Under the pieces are notes generated by a model, which did no database searches, had not been told where the DNA came from, and saw only the letters and a program-made list of their open reading frames with translations. From Candidatus Eiseniibacteriota bacterium (GTDB lineage: Bacteria; Eisenbacteria; RBG-16-71-46; CAIMUX01; VGJL01): DNA of 64,000 nucleotides. Positions 21,453 through 32,217 of this stretch are shown here, one piece after another (the first letter of the stretch is position 1; each line of letters opens with the position of its first letter). Where the stretch lies: contig JBHGAY010000013.1 in the NCBI GenBank assembly GCA_041946735.1, forward strand, positions 68,140 to 132,139, read 5' to 3'. The position numbers and the translations under genes were made by a program.

Positions 21453-23347
21453 GGACGAGCCGGCTTCTCGCTCTGCTCCTCGCCGCGGCCTGTCTCGTCC
21501 CGACATCCGCGCGACGGGCGCAGGCCGGCGCCCTCGAGCCGTTCCTCGCCCGGCTCGCCGAGCGAGCGCGACGGGGCGGGCCCGCCGCCGCCCCCGCGCA
21601 GGGCCTGCAACCTGCACCCGCCGGGCGGCGCGCTCTCCTCGCCTGGGACGAGACGCAGGCGGCGCAAGGCCGCGCCCGGGCGCTCGTCACCGCCGCGCCC
21701 GGCGTCGACGCCGCCTCGCTGGAGCAGGCGGCGCGCGCGATCGACCCATCGCTCGTCTGGGAAGGCGCGAGCGGGAGCCTCGCGCAAGTCACCGCGTCGT
21801 TCGCGTCGCTCGCCCGGCTGGCCGCCATCCCCGGCGTCGCCTGCGTGGGCCGTCCTCCGCGGGCGATCCCCCTGGCCGAGGTGCAGAGCGAAGGGCTGGA
21901 CAGCATGCGGGTGCCGGAGTTCCGCGCGACCGGCTACTCCGGGCGCGAGGCGCGCGTCGGCGTCATCGATCTCGGTTTCGCCGGCTACGAGTCGCTCCTC
22001 GGAACGGAGCTGCCGTTCGACGTCGTCGCCCGCTCCTTCTATCGCAGTCCGAGCGGGAATGGGGACATCACGGGGGACGGAGAGAATCACGGCACCGCCT
22101 GCGCGGAGCTCGTCGCCGACGTCGCGCCCGGCGCCCGCCTCTACCTCGCCAACGTCGAATCGCCCGTCGACCTCAAGGCGGCGGTCGACTGGATGATCGA
22201 GGAGAAGGTGTCGGTGATCAGCCACTCGGTCGGCTGGTACTTCGGGAGCATGGACGGCCGCGGCCCGATCAACGACGTCGCGGAATCGGCCGCGAAGGCG
22301 GGGATCGTGTGGGTGAACGCGGCCGGCAACGAGGCGGAGCGGCACACCTGGACGATAGCGGCCGATCAGGACGGCGACGGCGTCCTCGAGTTCGACGGCG
22401 CCGGCGACGAGACGCTCGACTTCTCGATCCGCTTCGACCATCCCGACCTGACGCTCGCGCTTCTCTGGGACCGCTGGCCGCTCTCGGGAGATCTCGGCCT
22501 GCAGATCGACATCGTGGACGCCGGCGGAACGGTCCTGGCCTCCTCCGATGCCGAGTTCGCCGGATACCCCTACGCCTTCCGCTACGTCTCGTGGAGGTCG
22601 GAGTCGCCGCCCCAGGCGGTGTACGCGCGGGTGCGCCGCGAGCGAGGGAGTCTCGAGGGCGTCACGATGCACGTCTTCCGGATCGGCAGCGGCACCCGGA
22701 TGGACGAGCACATGCGGACCGACCGCAGCCTGCTCGTCCCCGCCGACACCCCCTCGGTGATCGCGGTCGGCGCCGTCGACTGGAGGACCGAGTCGCTCGA
22801 CTCCTACTCCAGCCGCGGAGCCGAAGACGCGGCGGAGCCGAAGCCCGAGATCGTCGCGCCGGTCGGCGTCTCGACGAAGACCTACGGACGGTCCGGATTC
22901 CGCGGCACCTCCGCCGCCGCGCCGCACGTCTCGGGCGCCGCGGCGCTCCTCGCCTCCTCCGGTCCGCACGGAGCCATGAACGACCTGCTCTGGGATCGCG
23001 AGGAGATCCGGCTGCTCCTGGCGCGGGCCGCCAAGCCGAGCGCGATCGTTCCGCTCCGCTGGGGGATCGTCCGGATGCCGGTGCCGGAGACGCTACGCTC
23101 GCCCGCGCGCGGGCCGGTCCTGTTCGCCAATCCGTTCGAGCGGGAGGCGCGGTGGCTCTCCCCCTGCGACGCCGTCGAGATCTATGACGTGCGCGGCCGG
23201 CGGGTCGCGCGCGCCGGCGCGCACGGCTGGGATGGCCGCAACGACGGCGGCGCTCCCCTTCCTCCCGGAATCTATTGGGCGCGCTGTCCCGAGAGCGGCG
23301 GCGTCACACGAATCGTCAAGCTGGGATCGGGCGGCGGCGCGCCGTAG
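21449..23347 (+). CDS. Secreted S8 (subtilisin-family) serine peptidase with FlgD-like C-terminal domain
   Basis: Triad VIDLG / HGTAC / GTSAAAP, oxyanion AAGN, tail NPF...IYDVRGRRV...WDGRN...PGIY. Confidence 0.9.
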   Translation: MRTSRLLALLLAAACLVPTSARRAQAGALEPFLARLAERARRGGPAAAPAQGLQPAPAGRRALLAWDETQAAQGRARALVTAAPGVDAASLEQAARAIDPSLVWEGASGSLAQVTASFASLARLAAIPGVACVGRPPRAIPLAEVQSEGLDSMRVPEFRATGYSGREARVGVIDLGFAGYESLLGTELPFDVVARSFYRSPSGNGDITGDGENHGTACAELVADVAPGARLYLANVESPVDLKAAVDWMIEEKVSVISHSVGWYFGSMDGRGPINDVAESAAKAGIVWVNAAGNEAERHTWTIAADQDGDGVLEFDGAGDETLDFSIRFDHPDLTLALLWDRWPLSGDLGLQIDIVDAGGTVLASSDAEFAGYPYAFRYVSWRSESPPQAVYARVRRERGSLEGVTMHVFRIGSGTRMDEHMRTDRSLLVPADTPSVIAVGAVDWRTESLDSYSSRGAEDAAEPKPEIVAPVGVSTKTYGRSGFRGTSAAAPHVSGAAALLASSGPHGAMNDLLWDREEIRLLLARAAKPSAIVPLRWGIVRMPVPETLRSPARGPVLFANPFEREARWLSPCDAVEIYDVRGRRVARAGAHGWDGRNDGGAPLPPGIYWARCPESGGVTRIVKLGSGGGAP

Positions 23348-23406
23348 CGCGCGATTCGCCCCCCGGCTGCTTCGCCGCAGCCTTCGAGCAGAGGAGACGG
23401 CACACG

Positions 23407-23862
23407 ATGGACAAGGAACGGATCTACCGGGAGGCGCAGGAGGAGATCGCGCTCTTGATCGAAGGCGAAACCGATCCAGTGTCGCGCATGTCGACGATCT
23501 GCGCCGTGCTGAAGGAGAGGATCGTCTGGGCGTCGTGGGTCGGCTTCTACCGCGTCGTCGAGCCGCGCATGCTCGCCGTCGGTCCCTACGTCGGCGAGGT
23601 CGGATGCCTGCGGATCCCGTTCGACCAGGGCGTCTGCGGCGCCGCGGCTCGATCGCGGAAGGCGCAGATCGTCCCCGACGTCGACGCGTTCCCGGGCCAC
23701 ATCGCGTGCGACGCCGCCGCGCGCTCGGAGATCGTCCTGCCCGTCGTGGATCGCTCGGGCGCGCTGATCGCCGTCCTCGATCTCGATTCGCATCAGAGCG
23801 CCGCGTTCGACGAGCGCGACCAGGCGGGGCTCGAGCCGGTCGTCCGTCTCGCCGTCGTCTGA
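23407..23862 (+). CDS. msrC: GAF-domain protein (free methionine-R-sulfoxide reductase family)
   Basis: WVGFY, GVCG, FPGHIACD, SEIVLP, LDLDS. Confidence 0.85.
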   Translation: MDKERIYREAQEEIALLIEGETDPVSRMSTICAVLKERIVWASWVGFYRVVEPRMLAVGPYVGEVGCLRIPFDQGVCGAAARSRKAQIVPDVDAFPGHIACDAAARSEIVLPVVDRSGALIAVLDLDSHQSAAFDERDQAGLEPVVRLAVV

Positions 23863-24115
23863 TCGCGCCACGACCGCACCGGCGGACACGCCATCGGTGC
23901 TGGTCCGCCCTCGACCCGGGCTTGTGCCGGCCGGCGAACCGCGCGTTCCGCGATCCGCCCGCAATTCACCCTATGCTGGAAGGGACAGGCCCGCCTTCCG
24001 CTGCGGGATTGTCGTTGCCCTGCCCGCCCGGGAGTGGATACAGTTCCTGTTCGCCCTTTTCGGAGGGACGGCGCGCCACGAGCGACCGCAGAGCGACCGC
24101 AGGAGGATCGCGAAG

Positions 24116-25141
24116 TTGATGAAGGTTTTGGCGGACCGGATCCGGAGCAGCAAGCGGATCCTGATGTCCACGCACAAGGATCCGGACGGGGACGGAATCG
24201 GAGCGATGCTGGCCCTCTCCAAGGGGCTGCGGTCGGCGGGGAAGCAGGTGGAGCTGTACCTGCCCGATCCCTGCCCGCAACGGTTCCTCTTCCTCGACCC
24301 GGATCATCTGCTCCGCGACCTTCCCGAGGACGCGAAGCAGGCCCCCTGGACGGAGCCCGATCTCGCCCTGATCATCGACACGCACCAGTGGTCGCTCCTC
24401 GGCCGCGTGGGCGAGCTGTTGCAGGAGGCCGGGACCCCCACCGTCTTCCTGGACCACCACCCGGTGCAGGGCGTGCCGCGGCCGGACGTCTTCGGCGACC
24501 CGAACTCCTCCTCGACCGGCGAGATCGTCTATCGCCTGATGCTCTTCTATCTCGATCTGCCGATCGACGCGGAGATCGGGGCGTGCCTCTACACGAGCAT
24601 CGCCTACGACACGCACTCCTTCCGGTACGTGCGGAACTCGCCGTCGCCGCACCTGATCGCCGCCGACCTGCTCTCGCGCGGCGTCAACGCGACCGAGATC
24701 TATCGCCATCTCTTCGCGAGCAATCCGGCCGGAAAGATGCGCCTGCTCGGACAGATCCTCCGTGGGATCCAGATCGAGGCGGACGGCCGGCTCGCCTGGG
24801 CCGTGCTTCCCAACTCCTCGATCGTCGAACACGACTGCTGTCCGGACGATCTGCGCGACGCAGTCAACTACCTGCTCGAATTCGACGGCGTGGAGGTGGC
24901 GGTCCTGCTGAAGGAAGTCGAGAAGGGACTGGTCAAGGTGTCGCTGCGCTCGAAGGGGAAGATCGAGGTCCACGAGGCGGCTGCCGCGCTGGGAGGAGGC
25001 GGGCATCCCTTCGCCGCCGGCGCCACGCTGGTCAGCGATCTCGATCGCGCGCGCGAGCGCGTCCTGACCGCGGTCCTCCCGGTCGTCCGCAACGGCCGGC
25101 CGAGCGGCGAGGAAGCGACCGTCCGGGCCCGGAACACGTAA
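24116..25141 (+). CDS. nrnA: DHH/DHHA1 phosphoesterase (nanoRNase/pAp phosphatase)
   Basis: HKDPDGD, DHH, SLRS, GGGGH. AGGAGG RBS. Confidence 0.88.
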   Translation: MMKVLADRIRSSKRILMSTHKDPDGDGIGAMLALSKGLRSAGKQVELYLPDPCPQRFLFLDPDHLLRDLPEDAKQAPWTEPDLALIIDTHQWSLLGRVGELLQEAGTPTVFLDHHPVQGVPRPDVFGDPNSSSTGEIVYRLMLFYLDLPIDAEIGACLYTSIAYDTHSFRYVRNSPSPHLIAADLLSRGVNATEIYRHLFASNPAGKMRLLGQILRGIQIEADGRLAWAVLPNSSIVEHDCCPDDLRDAVNYLLEFDGVEVAVLLKEVEKGLVKVSLRSKGKIEVHEAAAALGGGGHPFAAGATLVSDLDRARERVLTAVLPVVRNGRPSGEEATVRARNT

Positions 25142-25215
25142 CGCGCAACACGCAAACGCGACGCGAGCGCGCGGCACATACCGCGAGATCGCCCGAGGGG
25201 CGGGGAGCCGACGCG

Positions 25216-26511
25216 ATGGAACCGCTTTCCGAGGACCGTCTCATCTACGATTGGAATCACAAGGACGGCTTTTCCTTCCGCCATCGTCCCGGCCTGGAGC
25301 TGGACGACGAGACGCTTCGCGACGGGCTGCAGAGCCCCTCGATCACCGATCCGCCGGTCGAGAAGAAGCTCGAGATCCTCCACCTGATGGAGAGGCTCGG
25401 GATCCAGGGGGCCGATCTCGGGCTTCCCGGCGCCGGCCCGCGCGCGTTCGACGACGTCCTGACGATGGCGCGCGAGATCGAGCGCCACCGGATGCGCATT
25501 CGTCCCAACTGCGCGGTGCGGACGGTGAAGGGGGACGTGCAAGCCCTCCTCGAGGTGTCGCAGCAGGCGGGATATCCGATCGAGGCGGCGATGTTCATCG
25601 GCTCCTCGCCGATCCGCCTCTACGCGGAGGGATGGACGCTCGACCACGTGCTGAAGCTGACCGAGGAGGCGGTCACCTTCGCCGTCCAGGGAGGGATCCC
25701 GGTGATGTACGTCACCGAGGACACCACCCGCTCCGACGCCGACGCGATCCGCAAGCTCTTCACGACCGCGATCGAGTGCGGGGCGCGTCGCGTCTGCGTG
25801 GCCGACACGGTCGGCTACGCGACGCCGGTCGGCGTGACCTATCTCATCCGCTTCGTGCGCGAGGTGGTCGACGCGACGGGCGAGGAGGTGAAGGTCGACT
25901 TCCACGGGCACAACGACCGCGGCTGCGCGATCCCCAACTCGATGGCGGCGATCGCGGCGGGCGCCGACCGTATCCACGCGACCGCGCTCGGCATCGGCGA
26001 GAGGGTCGGCAACACCTCGATGGATCATCTCCTCGTCAACCTCCGTCTCGAGGGGATCATCGACACCGATCTCACCTGCCTCCCCGAGTACTGCGAGAAG
26101 GTGAGCGGCGCCGTCGGCGTTCCGGTCCCGGTGAACTATCCGGTGATCGGCCGCGACGCCTACCGCACGTCGACCGGCGTGCACGCCGCTGCGATCATCA
26201 AGGCGCACAACCGGGGGGCCGAGTGGCTCGCCGACCGCGTCTACGCCGGAACGCCGGCCGGGATGGTCGGCCGGCACCAGGAGATCGAGATCGGCTTCAT
26301 GTCGGGGGTCTCCAACGTCGTCTACTGGCTGACGAAGCACGGCATCGACCCGGAGAAGGACCTCGTCGACGAGATCCTTCGCTTCGCGAAGAAGCACACC
26401 CACGTGCTTTCGGACGACGACGTGATGGAGATCGTCAAGTTCCATCGCGCCCGCTCCCACGGCTTCCCGACGAACACGGTCGAGGAGTGGCGCAAGGAGA
26501 TTCGTTCGTAG
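25216..26511 (+). CDS. LeuA-family (DRE-TIM) acyl-CoA condensing synthase without regulatory domain
   Basis: DETLRDGLQ, HGHNDRG, GIGERVGN, GVHA. Confidence 0.88.
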   Translation: MEPLSEDRLIYDWNHKDGFSFRHRPGLELDDETLRDGLQSPSITDPPVEKKLEILHLMERLGIQGADLGLPGAGPRAFDDVLTMAREIERHRMRIRPNCAVRTVKGDVQALLEVSQQAGYPIEAAMFIGSSPIRLYAEGWTLDHVLKLTEEAVTFAVQGGIPVMYVTEDTTRSDADAIRKLFTTAIECGARRVCVADTVGYATPVGVTYLIRFVREVVDATGEEVKVDFHGHNDRGCAIPNSMAAIAAGADRIHATALGIGERVGNTSMDHLLVNLRLEGIIDTDLTCLPEYCEKVSGAVGVPVPVNYPVIGRDAYRTSTGVHAAAIIKAHNRGAEWLADRVYAGTPAGMVGRHQEIEIGFMSGVSNVVYWLTKHGIDPEKDLVDEILRFAKKHTHVLSDDDVMEIVKFHRARSHGFPTNTVEEWRKEIRS

Positions 26512-26590
26512 AGTCCCGCGAGGATAGTAGGGCCCGCGAGCGGCGCGGGCTCACGAAAGCAGACGAAACGCAGACCCAGAGGAGGTGCGG

Positions 26591-27760
26591 ATGGAGGAGC
26601 TGCTCACGCCGTTGAACCGCGAGTATCGTGCGCGGGCGCGCGAGGTCGCCGAGAAGGCGGTTCGCCCGGTGGCCGCGGAGTACGATCGCAAGCAGGAGTA
26701 CCCGTGGGAGGTGCTGGAGGCGCTGAAGCGCGCGGAGCTGACCGGCGTCTGGATTCCCAAGGAGTACGGCGGGCACGGCGCGGGGCTCTTGAACCTCTGC
26801 ATCGTCATCGAGGAGCTGTCGCGAGCGTGCGGCGGCGTCGGCGTCGCCTACGCGGTCAACGCTCTCGGCTCCTTCCCGATCCTGCTCGGCGGGACCGAGG
26901 AGCAGAAGAAGCGCTGGCTCCCGGGGATCGCGTCGGGCGAGAAGCTGATCTCTTTCGGATTGAGCGAGCGTGACGCCGGCTCCGACGCCGGGTCGCTGCA
27001 GTGCTCCGCGCGGCGCGAGGGAGAGGAGTTCGTCGTCAACGGCCACAAGAAGTGGAACACCAACGGCGGCGTCGCCAGCCTCTACACCGTCTACTGCCGC
27101 ACCGACCCGGACTCGAAGGGACCGCGTGGCATCTCGGCGATCGTCGTCGAGAAGCCGACCCCCGGCTTCCGGATCGGCAAGGTCGAGGACAAGATGGGGA
27201 TCCGCGCGGTGCCTGTGGTCGAGCTGGAGTTCGAGGAGTGCCGCGTGCCGGCCGAAAACCTGCTCGGAGGGCCGGAGGCGCTCGGCCGCGGCTTCCGCAG
27301 CGCGATGGCGACGCTCGATCGCGCCCGCCCCGGCGTCGCCGCGCAGGCGGTCGGCCTCGCTCAGGGGGCGCTCGAGCTGGCGGTCCACTACACGGCGAAC
27401 CGCAAGCAGTTCGGCCAGTCGATCCTCTCGAACCAGGGGATCCAGTGGATGATCGCCGACATGGGGACGCAGGTCGAGGCGGCCCGGCAGCTCGTCTACA
27501 CGGCGGCGCGCGCGGTCGACGCGCAGATCGAGAACGTCAGCAAGCTCTCGGCGATGTGCAAGGTGTTCGCGACCGACACGGCGATGAAGGTGACGACCGA
27601 TGCCGTGCAGCTCTACGGCGGCAACGGCTACATGAAGGACTATCCGATCGAGAAGTACATGCGCGACGCCAAGATCACGCAGATCTACGAAGGCACGAAC
27701 CAGATCCAGCGGCTCGTGATCAGCCGCGCGATGATCAAGGAGTTCGGGGCGCAGGTGTAG
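26591..27760 (+). CDS. Acyl-CoA dehydrogenase (short/branched-chain type)
   Basis: FGLSE..AGSD, KMGIRA, RDAKITQIYEGTNQIQR. Confidence 0.93.
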   Translation: MEELLTPLNREYRARAREVAEKAVRPVAAEYDRKQEYPWEVLEALKRAELTGVWIPKEYGGHGAGLLNLCIVIEELSRACGGVGVAYAVNALGSFPILLGGTEEQKKRWLPGIASGEKLISFGLSERDAGSDAGSLQCSARREGEEFVVNGHKKWNTNGGVASLYTVYCRTDPDSKGPRGISAIVVEKPTPGFRIGKVEDKMGIRAVPVVELEFEECRVPAENLLGGPEALGRGFRSAMATLDRARPGVAAQAVGLAQGALELAVHYTANRKQFGQSILSNQGIQWMIADMGTQVEAARQLVYTAARAVDAQIENVSKLSAMCKVFATDTAMKVTTDAVQLYGGNGYMKDYPIEKYMRDAKITQIYEGTNQIQRLVISRAMIKEFGAQV

Positions 27761-27991
27761 GGGCGGAGGATGGATCGATATCCGGCGGCGAGCCGGAATC
27801 GGACAGAGCTCACGGGCGTGGAACGAGGCGCGGAAGGCCCACTTCCCCGCCTCGTCGCGCGCCTGTCATCTCCCCCTCGATCCCCCGTTCGTGTGCGATA
27901 GTGCCGAGTCCGGCCTCACCTCGTTGTCCGAGCGACGCGTCGGGCTGCTTCCCAGTGCAAGACGACCTCACGGGGGAAGGCGGGTCTTTGA

Positions 27992-29617
27992 ATGGAAGCT
28001 GACCGGCTACTCAGCCTCGCCGTTGACGTAGCGGCGGAACGAAACCTGCAAGGCGCCTTGGAGACCATCGTCAAAGGTCTGGCGTCGCACCCCGGGGTGG
28101 CCCTGTCGCGGATCTGGCTGCGCCTTCCCGGCGACATCTGCGATACCTGCTTCCTGCGCGACGAGTGCCACGATCGCAGATTGTGCTTTCACCTCGCGGC
28201 CAGCGCCGGGACGCCCATGAACTCACCAGGCGAGGACTGGTCGCACCTTCGAGGCCGCTTTCGCCGCATCCCGATGAACGCCTTCAAGGTCGGGTCTGTC
28301 GGCGTTACGCGATCGGCGATGCTGCTTCGGGAGGTTTCGTCCGAACTCGAGCAGATCGCGCATCCCGAGTGGGTCCATCGTGAGGGTATCCGCAGCTTCG
28401 CCGCCCATCCGTTCATCTCTCGCGACAAGGTGCTCGGCGTCCTGGCGACGTTCACCCGCGAGCCCCTGGATCCGCAATCCTTCGCCTGGCTCGGCATGTT
28501 CGCCAACCAGGCGGCGGTCGCCATCGAGAACGCGCGCGCGTTCGAGGAACTCGATCGACTGCGCAGGCAACTGGAGCTGGAGAACGCCTACCTGCACGAG
28601 CAGGTGAAGGAAGGACTGGCGTCCGGGGAGATCATCGGACAGAGCCTGGCGCTCCAGGAGGTGCTGCTGCAGATCGACATGGTGGCGCCGACCGACACGG
28701 CGGTCCTGATCACCGGAGAGTCGGGGACGGGCAAGGAGATGGTCGCGCGCGCGATCCACGAACGCAGCCCGCGGCGCGACCGGCCGCTGGTCAAGGTCAA
28801 CTGCGCCTCCGTGCCGCGCGAGCTGTTCGAGAGCGAGTTCTTCGGCCATGTGCGGGGCGCCTTCACGGGGGCGGTGCGCGATCGGATCGGGCGATTCCAG
28901 CTTGCCGACGGAGGGTCGATCTTCCTCGACGAGGTGGGCGAAATCCCGATCGAGCTGCAAAGCAAGCTTCTGCGCGTGCTGCAGGAGCAGCAGATCGAGC
29001 GGGTCGGCGAAGACCGCGTCCGGCAGCTCGACGTTCGGGTGATCGCCGCCACCAATCAGGATCTCAAGCGAGAATGCGAAGCAGGGCGATTCCGCCGCGA
29101 CCTCTACTACCGCCTCTCCGTGTTTCCCATCGAGCTGCCACCGTTGCGCCAACGACCGGAGGACATCGAACTGCTGGCGAAGCACTTCCTGGACATCACC
29201 ACGCGCCGGTTGAACTTTCCCGAGGTCTGGCTTACCGATCAGGCCGTCGAACAGCTCGCCGCCTACCATTGGCCCGGAAACATCCGGGAGCTTCGCAATG
29301 TGATCGAGCGGGCCATCATCATCACCCAGCGAGGCCCCCTCCGGATCGACTCGGTGCTCGGCGTCGGCGAGACGGTGGCAGGCGGCACCCGGACGCGGCG
29401 TCCGGCGGAAACCGTGGAGACTCCGGCGCAAGCGGCCGGGAGCAAGGTGCTTTCGCGGGAAGAGATGTCTCGCCGCGAACGAGACAACATCCTCGCCGCG
29501 CTGCGCCAGGCCGGCTGGAAGATCTCCGGCCGCGGGGGCGCCGCCGAGATCCTCGGGCTCAAGCCGACCACCCTCGCGTCGCAGCTCAAGCGCTTCGGGA
29601 TCGAGCGGCCCCGCTGA
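27992..29617 (+). CDS. Sigma54-dependent enhancer-binding regulator (GAF + AAA+ + Fis HTH)
   Basis: GESGTGKE, GAFTGA, FLDEVGE, WPGNIREL, C-terminal HTH, Cys-rich GAF. Confidence 0.95.
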   Translation: MEADRLLSLAVDVAAERNLQGALETIVKGLASHPGVALSRIWLRLPGDICDTCFLRDECHDRRLCFHLAASAGTPMNSPGEDWSHLRGRFRRIPMNAFKVGSVGVTRSAMLLREVSSELEQIAHPEWVHREGIRSFAAHPFISRDKVLGVLATFTREPLDPQSFAWLGMFANQAAVAIENARAFEELDRLRRQLELENAYLHEQVKEGLASGEIIGQSLALQEVLLQIDMVAPTDTAVLITGESGTGKEMVARAIHERSPRRDRPLVKVNCASVPRELFESEFFGHVRGAFTGAVRDRIGRFQLADGGSIFLDEVGEIPIELQSKLLRVLQEQQIERVGEDRVRQLDVRVIAATNQDLKRECEAGRFRRDLYYRLSVFPIELPPLRQRPEDIELLAKHFLDITTRRLNFPEVWLTDQAVEQLAAYHWPGNIRELRNVIERAIIITQRGPLRIDSVLGVGETVAGGTRTRRPAETVETPAQAAGSKVLSREEMSRRERDNILAALRQAGWKISGRGGAAEILGLKPTTLASQLKRFGIERPR

Positions 29618-29684
29618 GTTTCCGCCCTCACCCCCTCACCCCTCGTCCCGCTTCCCTCGTCCCCGCTCCCCTCCGATCGCTGGT

Positions 29685-29739
29685 TGACGACGGCTCGTCA
29701 GGCGGAATCGCGAAGGTTCGTCACGTCACGACGCGTCGT
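29685..29739. promoter_or_regulatory. Putative upstream activator sequences: three (A/G)CGA-N4-TCGT palindromes
   Basis: TGACGA-cggc-TCGTCA (29685-29700), GCGA-aggt-TCGT (29710-29721), ACGA-cgcg-TCGT (29728-29739), 100-150 bp upstream of a -24/-12 site. Confidence 0.6.
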
Positions 29740-29836
29740 AGCCCCACGCGCCGGGCGCGGCCGTCCCTTCAGGCAGACACGCCATAACTCCCTGCAACAG
29801 CCGCGCCCGTCCACGGACGACGGACGCCGGTCTCAC

Positions 29837-29851
29837 TGGCATGCCCTATGC
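29837..29851 (+). promoter_or_regulatory. Sigma54 (-24/-12) promoter
   Basis: TGGCATGCCCTATGC has exact GG-N10-GC spacing and lies directly downstream of a sigma54 activator gene. Confidence 0.7.
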
Positions 29852-29942
29852 GAAGGAGACATTCGCGAAACCACCCCGGTTGCAGCGACCAAACGGGCGA
29901 ATGCCTCGATCTCCTGCGACCCGGCCCAAGGAGGAACAGACC

Positions 29943-30791
29943 ATGGCTACGATCACAGCCGAACGCACTGCGAGCATGATCACGACGAAAGACGGAACAC
30001 AGATCTACTACAAGGACTGGGGCACGGGCCCGGTCGTGACGTTCTCCCACGGCTGGCCCCTGAACGCCGACATGTGGGACGGACAGATGCTCTTCCTCGC
30101 ACAGAACGGCTTCCGCGTGGTCGCCCACGACCGCCGCGGCCACGGCCGTTCCAGCCAGGCGTCATCCGGAAACGACATGAACGGCTATGCGGACGATCTG
30201 GCGGCGGCCCTCGAGGCGCTGGACCTCGAGCAAGCGACCCTCGTGGGCCACTCCACCGGAGGGGGCGAAGTCGCGCGCTACATCGGCCGCCACGGGACCC
30301 GCCGCGTCGCCAAGGCCGTCCTCATCGCCGCCGTGGCCCCGTTCATGTTGAAGACCGCCACCAATCCCGACGGCCTGCCCATCGAGGTCTTCGACGGCTT
30401 GCGCGCGAACCTCATGAAGGACCGCTCGCAGTGCTACAGGGACTTTGCCGTCCCGTTCTATGGCGCCAATCGGCCCGGAGCCAACGTGTCCCAGGGCGTT
30501 CTCGATCAGTTCTGGGCCTGGAGCATGCAGGCCGGTCTGAAGAACGCCTACGAGAGCATCAAGGCCTTCTCCGAGACCGACTTTACCGAGGACCTCGAGA
30601 AGTTCGACGTGCCGACTCTGGTTCTCCATGGCGAGGACGACCAGATCGTTCCGGTGAAGGAGTCGGCGAGAAAGGCCGCCCGGCTCATCAAGGGCGCGAA
30701 GGAAGTCTACTACCCGGGTGCGCCGCACGGCATCACGGCCACGCACCAGGATGAGATCAACGCCGAACTGCTCGCATTCCTCAGGGCGTGA
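29943..30791 (+). CDS. Non-heme chloroperoxidase/arylesterase (alpha/beta hydrolase)
   Basis: [39 protein letters not shown]. Confidence 0.92.
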   Translation: MATITAERTASMITTKDGTQIYYKDWGTGPVVTFSHGWPLNADMWDGQMLFLAQNGFRVVAHDRRGHGRSSQASSGNDMNGYADDLAAALEALDLEQATLVGHSTGGGEVARYIGRHGTRRVAKAVLIAAVAPFMLKTATNPDGLPIEVFDGLRANLMKDRSQCYRDFAVPFYGANRPGANVSQGVLDQFWAWSMQAGLKNAYESIKAFSETDFTEDLEKFDVPTLVLHGEDDQIVPVKESARKAARLIKGAKEVYYPGAPHGITATHQDEINAELLAFLRA

Positions 30792-30839
30792 CGAACGAGC
30801 CTGCGCGGCTTTGCCGTGCAAGGCCACGAGGAGAACACG

Positions 30840-31649
30840 ATGTTGCGATCGAAGGGACTCTCAATCGTTTCACTCGCGCTGGCAATCATTGTCGAAGTCA
30901 GCGCGGCCCAATCCCCCGAGCCGGGACAGGCGAAGCCGGTGCACAACATCGTCCTGGTGCATGGCGCCTTCGCGGACGGGTCGAGCTACGCCAAGGTCAT
31001 CCCGCTGCTTCAGGCGAAGGGCTTCCGCGTCACGGCCGTTCAGAACCCGTTGTCCTCCCTGGCAGACGACGTCGCGGCGACACGTCGCGCGCTCGCCCTT
31101 CAGGACGGCCCGGTGATTCTCGTCGGTCATTCCTGGGCGGGCATGGTCATCAGCGAGGCCGGGAACGACCCCAAGGTCGTGGGGCTCGTGTACATCGCCG
31201 CGATCGTTCCGGACGACGGCCAGACGGCAAACGACGTCCTGAAGCCGTACCCGCCGACTCCCGGACTGGGACACATGGCGCCGGATGCGGCCGGCTACCT
31301 CTCGCTCACGCGCCAGGGCATCGAAGAGGATTTCGTCCCCGATCTTCCCGCCCCCGAGCGAGCCCTCGTCTTCGCGACGCAGGGTCCATGGAATTCCGCC
31401 GCACTCGCCGAGCCGGTGCCGCACGCGGCATGGAAGACCCGACCGTCCTGGTTCATCGCCGTGAACGACCGCATCCTTCCGGCGGATTACGAGCTGGCGA
31501 TCGCGAAGCAGATGAACGCGCACACGACGACGCTCGCCTCGGGTCACGTGCCGATGCTGTCGCAACCCGAGGCGGTCGCCGCAGTCATCCTCGATGCGGC
31601 CGCGAAGGCGGGCGCGACCGAGACGGCCAACAGCGTGGGCGGCCGGTGA
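30840..31649 (+). CDS. Exported alpha/beta hydrolase
   Basis: Signal peptide, LVHGAFADGS, GHSWAG, SGHVPMLSQP. Confidence 0.88.
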   Translation: MLRSKGLSIVSLALAIIVEVSAAQSPEPGQAKPVHNIVLVHGAFADGSSYAKVIPLLQAKGFRVTAVQNPLSSLADDVAATRRALALQDGPVILVGHSWAGMVISEAGNDPKVVGLVYIAAIVPDDGQTANDVLKPYPPTPGLGHMAPDAAGYLSLTRQGIEEDFVPDLPAPERALVFATQGPWNSAALAEPVPHAAWKTRPSWFIAVNDRILPADYELAIAKQMNAHTTTLASGHVPMLSQPEAVAAVILDAAAKAGATETANSVGGR

Positions 31650-32161
31650 TCGCTGTCCAGCGCATCCTCGTCCTCGCCCTTGGCGCCGCGGCGATCGGGC
31701 TCGCCGCGGCGCGCCCGCCCCCGGATCCGGACTCGAGCACACAGCGCCACCAATTCGACTTTCTCATCGGCAACTGGCTGGTCCGCGATTCGTCCGGACG
31801 CGCGATCGGAACGACCAGCGTCTCGAACGAGTACGGCGGCTGCGTGCTGGTCGAACGCTGGCGCGGGGTGGGGCACGCACGGGAGGGCCTCGGCGTCATC
31901 GGTTACCAGGCGGAGAGCGGGAGCTGGCATCGGGACTTCATCGACGACGGCGGTTTCGTGCTGGCGTTCGATGGGCGACGCGAGGGAGCAGCCATGGTGA
32001 TGACGGGGAAGGAGTACCGGCCGGACAGCGTGCAGATGCATCGCGTGACCTGGACACCGAAGGACGGCGGCTCGGTCGAGGAGCGATGGCAGATCTCGAC
32101 CGACGACGGCCGATCGTGGCGCACACATTTCAACGGCGTGCTCGAGCGCATCGCGGAGTAG
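31646..32161 (+). CDS. Exported protein, DUF1579-like
   Basis: Signal peptide, QFDFLIGNW, STDDGRSW. GTGA overlap with the previous gene. Confidence 0.65.
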   Translation: MIAVQRILVLALGAAAIGLAAARPPPDPDSSTQRHQFDFLIGNWLVRDSSGRAIGTTSVSNEYGGCVLVERWRGVGHAREGLGVIGYQAESGSWHRDFIDDGGFVLAFDGRREGAAMVMTGKEYRPDSVQMHRVTWTPKDGGSVEERWQISTDDGRSWRTHFNGVLERIAE

Positions 32162-32217
32162 GACCGCGCAAGCGCGCCGACAGGCTGGCGGCCACCCCGC
32201 CAGAGGAGACGAACACG

